From Clostridia bacterium (lineage in GTDB: Bacteria; Bacillota; Sulfobacillia; SLMV01): 53,852 nt of DNA. The stretch is taken from positions 1 through 53,852 of the forward strand of contig PUNF01000189.1 in the NCBI GenBank assembly GCA_003552525.1, written 5' to 3'. Shown here piece after piece: positions 36,626 to 44,696 of this stretch. The translations under genes were made by a program, and so were the position numbers. The notes under the pieces are model-generated. The model was given only the letters and a program-made list of their open reading frames with translations, searched no databases and was not told where the DNA came from. Position 1 is the first letter of the stretch, and every line of letters begins with the position of its first letter.

Positions 36626-37282
36626 GTGATCAAGGCAGATCGGGTCAGCTATCGCTATGCGGACGGGACAGCCGTGCTACACGATATCGACCTGCAACTG
36701 TCCGCCGGAGAAGTCGTGGGGCTTTTGGGACCAAACGGTTGTGGGAAGACGACGCTCGGGAAAGTGCTCGCCGGTATTCTCAAGCCCACCAGCGGTCAAG
36801 TGATCATCGACGGTCTCCACAGCAGCGACCTCTCGCTAGGGGTAATCGGACAACGTATCGGGTACCTCTTCCAGGAGCCGGACCGGCAACTGTTCACCGG
36901 ATCGGTGATCGAAGAGCTTTACTTCGCCCCGAGGTTGCGTGGGACACCGGAAGAGGCGCTCATCGAGCGCGCGGCCGAAGTACTGTCTCGTTTTCGACTC
37001 GAGCACTTGCATGAAGCGTTCCCGTATACCCTGAGCAGGGGGGAAAAACAGAGGCTGGCGCTCGCCGCTCTCATGATGAACCGGCCGTCATATTTTGTGC
37101 TGGACGAGCCGACCACCGCGTTGGACATCCGCCGCAAGGAGGAACTGTCGCGACTGATCGAGGAGCTGAAAGGCGAGGGCGTGGGAATGCTCCTGATCAG
37201 CCACGATCGGCGCTTTGTGAGACGGCACGCCCACCGTGTCATTGGATTGAGAGAGGGTCGGATACGTCTTGATTCCCAATGA
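36626..37282 (+). CDS. ECF transporter ATPase component (EcfA2-like)
   Basis: GTG 36626 lies 9 nt after GGAAGGAG and 1 nt after the ecfA1 stop. Walker A GPNGCGKTT, signature LSRGEKQ, Walker B FVLDEPTTALD, H-loop SHD. Confidence 0.9.
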   Translation: MIKADRVSYRYADGTAVLHDIDLQLSAGEVVGLLGPNGCGKTTLGKVLAGILKPTSGQVIIDGLHSSDLSLGVIGQRIGYLFQEPDRQLFTGSVIEELYFAPRLRGTPEEALIERAAEVLSRFRLEHLHEAFPYTLSRGEKQRLALAALMMNRPSYFVLDEPTTALDIRRKEELSRLIEELKGEGVGMLLISHDRRFVRRHAHRVIGLREGRIRLDSQ

Positions 37283-38039
37283 TTCTGCCACCCTCCAACA
37301 CTTCGATCCCCGGGCGAAACTCATCCTGGTCCTGAGCATTTCTTCGCTCGCGGTAGCCTTCAACCATCCGATTGTTCTCCTTCCCCTGTCGGCGGTCACA
37401 TTCCTGGCGGCTCGTTTCTTCGGGGTACAAATCCTACGGGCAATGTCCAGCATTCGACGCCTACTGTGGGTGTTCGTTGCAATGGGAATGATCCAGAGTG
37501 TCTTCACGCCCGGCGGTGAAGCAGTGCTCGCGGTGGGAGGCATATCACTCGTGTCGACCGTCGGCCTGGTGCGCGGTGTATCGATCATCCTGCGCATAGT
37601 CGTCATCGTAGTATCCGCCGCGATCATGACCACCGCCAATCCCCGTGACATCGTACAGGGGCTATCGCAATGGCGCATCCCATACGAGATCACCTTCATG
37701 GTGGCCGTGGTCCTTCGATTTTTGCCGCTGATGCGAGAGGAAGCCGAGGATACGCTCACGGCACTGCAACTGCGCGGCGTTCGCCTGGAAACCCTGCCCC
37801 TGCGCACCAAGATACGGATCTATCGGCACCTGTTGTACCCACTCATCGCCAACGTATTGAGCCGTGCGGAAAAGATGTCGATATCCGTGGAGATGCGGGG
37901 ATTTCGCGCATACCCACAGCGAACCAGTCATCGCAACCTCGTTTTTTCACCTCGGGATTACGGGGTCATCGCGACATCGATCCTGATCGTCATGGGAGTC
38001 CTGCTCCCGTACTACTGGAATTGGCTACCAACGTCCTGA
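37269..38039 (+). CDS. ECF transporter transmembrane (T) component, CbiQ/EcfT family
   Basis: N-terminal FDPRAKLILVL, a multi-TM body and ALQLRG-type coupling-helix motifs (TALQLRGVRLE; SVEMRGF). TTG start overlaps the ecfA2 end by 14 nt. Confidence 0.88.
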   Translation: MIPNDSATLQHFDPRAKLILVLSISSLAVAFNHPIVLLPLSAVTFLAARFFGVQILRAMSSIRRLLWVFVAMGMIQSVFTPGGEAVLAVGGISLVSTVGLVRGVSIILRIVVIVVSAAIMTTANPRDIVQGLSQWRIPYEITFMVAVVLRFLPLMREEAEDTLTALQLRGVRLETLPLRTKIRIYRHLLYPLIANVLSRAEKMSISVEMRGFRAYPQRTSHRNLVFSPRDYGVIATSILIVMGVLLPYYWNWLPTS

Positions 38040-38054
38040 ATGGGGAGATGATCC

Positions 38055-38837
38055 ATGTCCACGCGCGTACTCGCCGTCACCGGCATCTCCGGCAGCGGCA
38101 AGACCACCACCGTCGAAGCGATCATTCGTGAACTCCGTAAGCGGCGGTACTCGGTGGGATCGGTCAAGGATATCCACTTCGAAGATTTCGCGATGGATAC
38201 CGTGGGCACCAACACCCACCGGCACTACCAGGCGGGGGCCGAGATCGTGACCGCCGCCGGCATGTACGAAACCGATGTCTTGTACAAGCGCAAACTGCCC
38301 ATCCGAGAGATCCTCTCGCATTACTCACAGGATTTCGTCATCCTCGAGGGAGTCATGGACCCCACCATCCCCCGGATCATTACCGCACACCCCGATTGCG
38401 AAATCGACGAGTTGATCGATGGTCCGGTCTTCGCGATCGCGGGACGAGTGGCCTCGTCCATCTGCGATCACGAGGAGCTTCCGGTCTTCGATGCCCGCCG
38501 GCAGGCCGAGGACCTGGTCGACCTCATCGAGTCCGTCATAGGGCCGCCCCTCCCAGGCGTTCCCGCCGAATGCTGTAGTGCGTGTGGATATTCGTGTGCC
38601 GAGTTGACCAAACGGATCCTACGCGGACAATCTACACACGCCGATTGCCCCGTCGTCACGGCCCCCCGTGTGCGATTGAGGATCGGAGACGAACAGATAC
38701 CGATGGTGCCATTCGTGCAGGCCATCCTAGAAAACGCCGTACGGGGTGTTGCGCGGGAACTCGACGGGTATCGCGAAGGTGCATCGCTCTCGGTCAAAAT
38801 CGATGGGCGCGGTTGTTTCGAGGTCGATGGGGCCTGA
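38055..38837 (+). CDS. mobB: MobB-like P-loop protein fused to a Cys-rich Fe-S-type domain and a C-terminal extension
   Basis: N-terminal half VLAVTGISGSGKTTT..GSVKDIHFEDFAMDTVGTNTHRHYQAGAEIV follows the MobB pattern (G.SGSGKTT..IKH.hH.f..D..GkDs.r...AGA). Residues about 165-200, LPGVPAECCSACGYSCAELTKRILRGQSTHADCPV, resemble the CxxCGYxxC..CP putative Fe-S domain of RnfB-type proteins (PF04060, recalled). Confidence 0.72.
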   Translation: MSTRVLAVTGISGSGKTTTVEAIIRELRKRRYSVGSVKDIHFEDFAMDTVGTNTHRHYQAGAEIVTAAGMYETDVLYKRKLPIREILSHYSQDFVILEGVMDPTIPRIITAHPDCEIDELIDGPVFAIAGRVASSICDHEELPVFDARRQAEDLVDLIESVIGPPLPGVPAECCSACGYSCAELTKRILRGQSTHADCPVVTAPRVRLRIGDEQIPMVPFVQAILENAVRGVARELDGYREGASLSVKIDGRGCFEVDGA

Positions 38838-38924
38838 CGACGAGCGGGGTCTTCCGCTATATTGGGGATGTCGCCGGTGGTATATCGAAGTCGCGGCGCG
38901 TTGTCGCGAAGACGGGGGATGATT

Positions 38925-39689
38925 ATGCGTTTACTCTGCTGGAATGTCAACGGACTCCGCGCGGCCGTTCGCAAGGGTTTTCTCGAATGGCTGGTTGAAG
39001 AGCAACCGGATATCATGTGTGTGCAGGAAACCAAAGCACAGGAGGCGCAGCTGTCGGACGCCATCCGTAACGTCGAAGGATACCATTCGTACTTCGCCTC
39101 GGCCGAAAGAAAGGGGTACAGCGGGGTCGCCGTCTACAGCCGCGAAAACCCCCTCGAGGTCGATGATGCCGTCGGTGACCCGATCCTCGACGCCGAGGGC
39201 CGCCTACTGAGGATCCGGTACCCGGCATTCACCCTGTACAATATCTATTTCCCAAATGGTAAGGCATCGCAGGAACGACTCGACTACAAGATGGATTTCT
39301 ACGAGCGATTCCTCGCTTACATCCAACGGGAAGTGGACGCCGGTGAGGAGATCATCGTTTGTGGTGACGTCAACACCGCGCATAGGGAAATCGACCTCGC
39401 GCGCCCCAAGGAGAACGAGACCATATCGGGCTTCCTACCCGAGGAACGCGCGTGGATCGATCGTTTTCTCGCGCTGGGTTTTTCCGATAGCTTCCGCGTT
39501 TTCACGCCGGAAGCCGGGCATTACACCTGGTGGGATCTGAGAACCCGTGCGCGCGAACGCAACGTGGGCTGGAGAATCGATTACGTATTTGTAACCGACG
39601 GCCTCAGGACCCGCTTGGAGGACGCCTTCATCCTCCCCGAGGTCGAGGGTTCCGACCATTGCCCAATCGGTATATCGCTCGGGACGTAG
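38925..39689 (+). CDS. xth: Exodeoxyribonuclease III
   Basis: MRLLCWNVNGLRA.., CVQETK, GDVNTAHREIDL, WWDLR and GSDHCPI. ATG 38925 lies 5 nt after GGGGGA. Confidence 0.92.
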   Translation: MRLLCWNVNGLRAAVRKGFLEWLVEEQPDIMCVQETKAQEAQLSDAIRNVEGYHSYFASAERKGYSGVAVYSRENPLEVDDAVGDPILDAEGRLLRIRYPAFTLYNIYFPNGKASQERLDYKMDFYERFLAYIQREVDAGEEIIVCGDVNTAHREIDLARPKENETISGFLPEERAWIDRFLALGFSDSFRVFTPEAGHYTWWDLRTRARERNVGWRIDYVFVTDGLRTRLEDAFILPEVEGSDHCPIGISLGT

Positions 39690-39725
39690 CCACGCAGCGC
39701 ACCGGTCCGAAATCCGATGCGGCGC

Positions 39726-40961
39726 TCACGGTTGCCGAAGCGTACCCGAAGCGTCGAACTGCACCGCAATGGGGTCATCGGCGATGGATACGTCGCCAAA
39801 CAATGCGCCGCGGAGTCCCTGGCTGATCCATAGGCGCTCGAGGTCGCGCGTGTTGTCGATCAGCGCCAACTTGGGATCCCGTGTCGGGGGGATCGCCGCG
39901 CTCGCAAGGGATGCTCCTATGGCATCGGCATCGTTGCGCATGATGATGGGGATCATCGCTCGCATCGTCAGCGTGCTAGCCAGTACGTTGGTGTAAGTGG
40001 GCTCGGGATCGATCTCGCGCGCGAGTCGATAGGTGATCAGGTCCACGAGGCCCACCCCCGTCGCGTTCCCGTGGGACGCCCGGGAGAGGTCCAGGGCGCA
40101 GATCCGCGCGATACGAGGATCCTGATCATCCGCGGCACCCTCGACCCGATAGCGACCGATCACCCCGGTATCCACCCCGGTACCCGAGAAGTTCTTCCCC
40201 ATTTCGCGTATGACCAGCACATCGGCCTCATCGAAGGGAAGGCGAGGGGCCAAATCCTTCGACAACGCGAGCAAGCGGCGTTCGCGCGCAAAGAGTTCTG
40301 CGGGGGGAACGCCCTCGATGGTATGAAGGGATCCCACGGCATTCTCCACCAGTCCGATACCCCCGACCAAGCGAACACGCCCGAGGACAATTCTCGCCAT
40401 CGCCTCCAGCTCATCCGACATCGCCGCGGGACCACACTGGTGAAAGGACTCTGCCCCAGCCTGGTGACCCAGGCCCACCACGAGTTTTTTTACCAACCCA
40501 CTCTCGATGTCTCCCCTGGCCGTCGTGTGGCTCTTGATCCGATTAACCAAGACGATACCGTCGGCTTCCATGGCCCGGGGATCGCAATAGACCGACAGAC
40601 CCCGGTCGGTCTGCCCCAGCCTTTGGACGTCGCATGAGGTGATCACCGGCACACCCACGGCAGAGGGCGTAATCCCGAGCGATTCCAACACGGCACGTTG
40701 CCCGGACTCGGTGCCACCACCGTGTGACCCCATCGCCCCCAGGATGGACACGCGAAAGCCCCGGGCCGTCAACTTCCCGCAGACCTCCCGAAGCACCGTG
40801 GGAATGTCGGCAATCCCTCGGCTACCCGCGGTCACCAGGATCTTCGACCCGGCAGGGAGGTCATCGAGGGCCCGAAGTCGCTCCAACGCTCCCTCGACAC
40901 TCCCGGCTATGTCATCTAGAGGCTCCCCACAAAAACGCTGACGGACCTCCCAGAGGTTCAT
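39726..40961 (-). CDS. LarA-N-terminal-like (DUF2088-type) domain protein, function unknown
   Basis: About 410 aa. KILVTAGSRGIADIP..ILGAMGSHGGGTESGQRAVLESLGIT.. and NRIKSHTTARGDIESGL resemble the lactate-racemase-like domain family. The assignment is tentative. The track ORF extends to 41069. Confidence 0.45.
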   Translation of the reverse strand: MNLWEVRQRFCGEPLDDIAGSVEGALERLRALDDLPAGSKILVTAGSRGIADIPTVLREVCGKLTARGFRVSILGAMGSHGGGTESGQRAVLESLGITPSAVGVPVITSCDVQRLGQTDRGLSVYCDPRAMEADGIVLVNRIKSHTTARGDIESGLVKKLVVGLGHQAGAESFHQCGPAAMSDELEAMARIVLGRVRLVGGIGLVENAVGSLHTIEGVPPAELFARERRLLALSKDLAPRLPFDEADVLVIREMGKNFSGTGVDTGVIGRYRVEGAADDQDPRIARICALDLSRASHGNATGVGLVDLITYRLAREIDPEPTYTNVLASTLTMRAMIPIIMRNDADAIGASLASAAIPPTRDPKLALIDNTRDLERLWISQGLRGALFGDVSIADDPIAVQFDASGTLRQP

Positions 40962-41216
40962 CAACCGACGTAGGTCACCCCCGGGGTGGCCATGACCCCG
41001 AAACGATTCTGAAAACAACAATTCGCACCCCTCATTTCCCCGGATCCAGCCGACCGTTCTATTGCACACGATTCACCGATCGAGACCGGGCGATTACTTC
41101 GCCGAACGAGGCATTCTTCGCCGGTTAGCGGCCGGAACCTTGCAAGGAACTTGCAGGTTCACCGCGGCCGATCTTGAATAATGGGCTTAGAGATGAAGCA
41201 ATGGGGGGGAATTCTG

Positions 41217-41735
41217 ATGGATCTTGCCGGAAAGAAAGTGGCAGTACTCGCAGAAGACAACTATCAGGAACTGGAATTGTGGTATCCCTATTACCGGTTA
41301 CAGGAAGCGGGAGCCGAGGTCGTCCTGTTGGGCTCGGGGGCGAAGGACCAGTTTCACAGCAAAAACGGCTATCCCGTGCGTGTAGACATGGACGCTGCTG
41401 ACGCACGCGCCGCCGACTTCGATGCCGTAGTCGTCCCGGGTGGCTTTGCTCCGGATAAGATGCGAACGGTACCGGGCATGATCAACCTGGTAAAGGAAAT
41501 GAACGACCAGGAAAAGGTCGTCGCGGCAATCTGTCACGCGGCCTGGGTGCTGGTATCGGCAGACGTCCTGAAGGGCAAGCGGGCGACTTGTTTCAAGAAC
41601 ATCAAGGATGATCTGGTCAATGCGGGAGCAGAGTACGTTGACGAGGAAGTCGTGATCGACGGGAATATCATTACCAGTCGCACCCCACCCGATCTGCCGG
41701 CCTTTTGTCGCGCGATCGTAGAAGCCCTCGCCTGA
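41217..41735 (+). CDS. DJ-1/PfpI family protein (PfpI-type intracellular protease/glyoxalase)
   Basis: KKVAVLAEDNYQELELWYP.., VVVPGGFAPD, the nucleophile elbow AAICHAAWVL, and IDGNIITSRTPPDLPAF. ATG 41217 lies 6 nt after GGGGGGA. Confidence 0.88.
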   Translation: MDLAGKKVAVLAEDNYQELELWYPYYRLQEAGAEVVLLGSGAKDQFHSKNGYPVRVDMDAADARAADFDAVVVPGGFAPDKMRTVPGMINLVKEMNDQEKVVAAICHAAWVLVSADVLKGKRATCFKNIKDDLVNAGAEYVDEEVVIDGNIITSRTPPDLPAFCRAIVEALA

Positions 41736-41753
41736 CAGAACCTCAAACCGATC

Positions 41754-41787
41754 GCGGCCTGCACGCGTTCCCTTGCGTGCAGGCCGC
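41754..41787. terminator. 13-bp GC-rich hairpin between convergent genes (bidirectional terminator candidate)
   Basis: GCGGCCTGCACGC-gttccctt-GCGTGCAGGCCGC, located between the pfpI stop (41735) and the stop of the 63-aa ORF (41840). Confidence 0.5.
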
Positions 41788-41839
41788 GTATCATGAATCC
41801 GCGTTCAATAGGGGTAGATACCACAAGATCACCGGCGCA

Positions 41840-42031
41840 CTAAAGCCGGGTATTGATCTGGGCATCTGCCTCCCGAATGGCCTCGACGAATCGCTTCCAC
41901 TCCTCCGGCAAAAACGCACAGCTGGCCGATACATCCTCGGAGGCCAGGAATATTCCTACTTCGTCGCCCTCCGCCTGCACGCCCAGCGTCAACTTTTCTC
42001 CGAGCTTTCTCTCGTCAATGATTACGCGCAT
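41840..42031 (-). CDS. Hypothetical small acidic protein (63 aa)
   Basis: ATG 42031 has a near-perfect SD GAAGGAGG 7 nt upstream, and that SD contains the stop of the preceding 48-aa ORF. I recognised no family. Confidence 0.5.
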   Translation of the reverse strand: MRVIIDERKLGEKLTLGVQAEGDEVGIFLASEDVSASCAFLPEEWKRFVEAIREADAQINTRL

Positions 42032-42043
42032 AGGAAACCTCCT

Positions 42044-42190
42044 TCACCGCAGGATATTTCGCATCAGCTTGCGGCCGACTACCTTGTTCTTTGCACGTCG
42101 CGCTACCCGTTTCGGGTCACCACTACTAAGCGTCTCGACGTCATTCGCCGTGCGTGCCAACTTGTAAAGAAAACGAACCAACTTGGCCAT
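42044..42190 (-). CDS. Hypothetical small basic protein (48 aa), below the track's size cut-off
   Basis: Minus strand: GGGAGGTGGGTGTT-ATG. The product is MAKLVRFLYKLARTANDVETLSSGDPKRVARRAKNKVVGRKLMRNILR. The stop TGA lies inside the SD of the next ORF. Confidence 0.45.
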   Translation of the reverse strand: MAKLVRFLYKLARTANDVETLSSGDPKRVARRAKNKVVGRKLMRNILR

Positions 42191-42468
42191 AACACCCACC
42201 TCCCAAGGAAAGTCTGTGCACGCCCCAGTCGAGGGCGAATCGAGGCAGGGCCCGCAATCACGCCCTATCGCCCGCTATCGTCCACTCACGAGGGGGTTTC
42301 CGTCTCGAGCCCGATTTCCTGCCAGATCTTCGCTTTGTGTGGATGATATATGCCCGCCATGACAACGGGCTGACATCCCCCGCGCGATGACTGATGCGTG
42401 AGCGGCGTCTTGTATCACAGCGGTATGCTCCCGTTCATGATCATCGCGTCGGGGAAGCGGCAGTGGCA

Positions 42469-43575
42469 CTACCGCCCGATCAGTATAGCGATAATCGGGG
42501 GTAGAAAGATGATGATCGCTACGATTCGCACCAGGTGGAGCATGCTGACCTTGACAGCGTCGGCACGCATCTCCAGCGCGATCACTCCCATTTGTGTCAA
42601 TCCCGCGGCCGCGCACGACAGCAGGCAAGTCGTCAGATCCCAGTGAAAGAGCCGATGCAACAGGAAGCCGAGTCCAATACCACTGGCCAATAACAACATC
42701 GTCAGTAGGAGCACGGGCGCGATCATGGTGGCGAATTGGCCCGGCATCGATGGATCGAAATTCAAACCCAGGATCCCGCCCAGCCCAATCTGGGCCGCGA
42801 TAATTCCCTTCGAAGGGAGGCCCCGTAGGCGCAGTCCCGCCGTCTGTGAAGCGCCCACCGCGAGCATCGAACCCACGATGCCGCCGGCCGGCACTCCCAC
42901 CCACCACGCCAGGAACCCGGCGCTTAAGCCGATGGCGAGGGTGTATGGCAGGGGGTATGCCCGAAGCATCTTCCGAGCCCCTGTGGATCGCGATGCCGTG
43001 TCATCGGGATTCCCGCTTCTTTCGGGATCAACATCGGCGGTGGCGAAGCGCTGGGAGATCAGGGGTACCGTCGCGTAAGTGCCCAGTATGCGAATGAACT
43101 GCAGTAAGGCCACCGCCGAAACATCGGCCCCATAGTCCAGGGCGATCACACTCATCTCCGCGATTCCACCGGGAGCAGCACTGAAGATACTCGTGGCCAG
43201 GTCCAGGGTCGTGAGTCCAGAAAGGACAAAGCCCACGATGACACCGGTCGCGACCATCCACATTGCGAGGACCACCGCCGGCAGCAGGAGCGAACGGAGA
43301 ATCGTAAGGCTTTCCCGGCCGATCTTCGAGCCAATCATCACGCCGACAACGGCCTGCAGAAGCACGTTGATCCACTGCGGCACTTCTACCCAGGGAAATC
43401 CAAGGATCGCGGCCAGGGCCGTGGCGAACATCGCCCCCACCAGGCCGGCAGCAGGAAGGTCGAAGTGCTTAAACCCCCGATATCCGAGGTACCCCAGACC
43501 ATAGAGCAGGCCCAGCGTTACGGGAAGGGATTCCAGGGAACACACACCTCCTCGGGCGCGCGTGATGATGCCCAT
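42469..43575 (-). CDS. AbrB-family membrane protein (duplicated AbrB / putative ammonia-monooxygenase-like domain)
   Basis: 368 aa and very hydrophobic, with an internal duplication (..AAPGGIAEMSVIALDYGAD.. / ..AAAGLTQMGVIALEMRAD..) characteristic of this family. Confidence 0.72.
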   Translation of the reverse strand: MGIITRARGGVCSLESLPVTLGLLYGLGYLGYRGFKHFDLPAAGLVGAMFATALAAILGFPWVEVPQWINVLLQAVVGVMIGSKIGRESLTILRSLLLPAVVLAMWMVATGVIVGFVLSGLTTLDLATSIFSAAPGGIAEMSVIALDYGADVSAVALLQFIRILGTYATVPLISQRFATADVDPERSGNPDDTASRSTGARKMLRAYPLPYTLAIGLSAGFLAWWVGVPAGGIVGSMLAVGASQTAGLRLRGLPSKGIIAAQIGLGGILGLNFDPSMPGQFATMIAPVLLLTMLLLASGIGLGFLLHRLFHWDLTTCLLSCAAAGLTQMGVIALEMRADAVKVSMLHLVRIVAIIIFLPPIIAILIGR

Positions 43576-43651
43576 GCTCCAGTCTTCAGGCTAAACAGTT
43601 CGCGAATCCGCCCCGAGCAGGTGCCCGAGAAGGCCCTGCTGTCGGCATGAA

Positions 43652-43668
43652 ACGCCCCGCGGGGGCGT
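43652..43668 (-). terminator. Weak terminator-like hairpin downstream of the FAH-family gene
   Basis: Minus strand: ACGCCCC-cgc-GGGGCGT then TTC. The U-run is short. Confidence 0.35.
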
Positions 43669-43801
43669 ACCTCATTAGACGGGGAAATCGGGGCTCCGAG
43701 CCTCCGAGTGCCTGCCCGCGCCAGGAATTGCCCCCGATCGGTTGCGCTCAGCCGAGCCGTTCGAGGGATCACCGCGGGGATCATCAAGGTCGAGTTCGTC
43801 C

Positions 43802-44566
43802 CTACTCCGCCGCCTGCGCGAAGTTCTTGAGAACGCCGAAACCCTCTATCTCCACTTCGACCTGATCACCCGCCGACATGGGGCCGATGCCGGACGGCGT
43901 GCCAGTCAGGATGATATCGCCGGGGTACAGGGTCATAACCTGTGCAACGAAGTGCACCAGATACTCCACGTCGAATACCAATTCGCCAAAATTTGACCGC
44001 TGTCGGACATCCCCGTTCAACCGGGTCTCGATGTTTCGCGGACCCAGGTCGACATCCACATTGAGGTATGGCCCGACGGGGCAGAACGTATTGAAGCCTT
44101 TCCCGCGGGTCCACTGGCCATCCTTGCGCTGCAGATCACGTGCGGTGACATCATTGGCGCAGGTATATCCCAGGATCGACCTGCGGGCATCCACCGCATC
44201 CGGGCAAAACACTTCTCTTCCGATGACCACGGCCAGTTCTCCTTCGTAATCAACCCGGGTCGACTGCGGCGGCAGGCGGATCGGATCTGCCGGCCCGATG
44301 AGAGTGGTCAGGGGCTTGAGAAACATGACGGGTTCATCGGGCACCTTGGCCCCGGTCTCCTCTGCGTGGTCACGGTAGTTGATCCCAATACACACGATTT
44401 TCGATGGCACCACCGGCGGCAACAGATCCAACGTCTCGACTTCGCCCAGCAACTGTCCTGGCTTCATTTCGCCAAAGGGTGAGCCCTCCATGCTGTAAAT
44501 GCCCTCGGGCGTGACTTGCCCATAGCGGGCACCGTTGTCACTCGCAAAACGTACGAATTGTTTCAC
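43802..44566 (-). CDS. Fumarylacetoacetate hydrolase (FAH) family protein
   Basis: KIVCIGINYRDHAEE, VDYEGELAVVIG, GKGFNTF and GDIILTGTPSGIG motifs. GTG start. Confidence 0.9.
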   Translation of the reverse strand: MKQFVRFASDNGARYGQVTPEGIYSMEGSPFGEMKPGQLLGEVETLDLLPPVVPSKIVCIGINYRDHAEETGAKVPDEPVMFLKPLTTLIGPADPIRLPPQSTRVDYEGELAVVIGREVFCPDAVDARRSILGYTCANDVTARDLQRKDGQWTRGKGFNTFCPVGPYLNVDVDLGPRNIETRLNGDVRQRSNFGELVFDVEYLVHFVAQVMTLYPGDIILTGTPSGIGPMSAGDQVEVEIEGFGVLKNFAQAAE

Positions 44567-44696
44567 AACCTATCGCTCCATTCCCTGTTGTCTGGATCCA
44601 ATAATGCGCCTTTACCACTGGCATCCCCGGGTTTTTCGACGAATCCGCACGCGCCCCTGCCATCGGTCCTCCCCCGGCTCGCTATCCCTCGGTCTT

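Noticed and set aside
37088-37810. 240-aa minus-strand ORF
   Set aside because: It is antisense to ecfA2/ecfT, which have clear ABC and CbiQ motifs.
42275-42907. 210-aa minus-strand ORF overlapping the AbrB-type gene in another frame
   Set aside because: It is Arg/Gly/Asp-rich junk. The 368-aa hydrophobic frame (42469..43575) is the coherent one.
43694-43708. Tandem CTCCGAG-CCTCCGAG on the plus strand, superficially like Moco-motif core sequences
   Set aside because: No plus-strand gene lies downstream, since both flanking genes are on the minus strand. There is no matching GCCUCCC..GGAAAGG 3' half and no P1 pairing, so the match is probably coincidental.
44538-44663. 41-codon minus-strand ORF with GGGGGAGGA 3-4 nt upstream, overlapping the FAH gene start
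   Set aside because: The SD spacing is short, the product is unremarkable, it overlaps a well-supported gene start out of frame, and no supporting feature is visible. I kept it only as a note.
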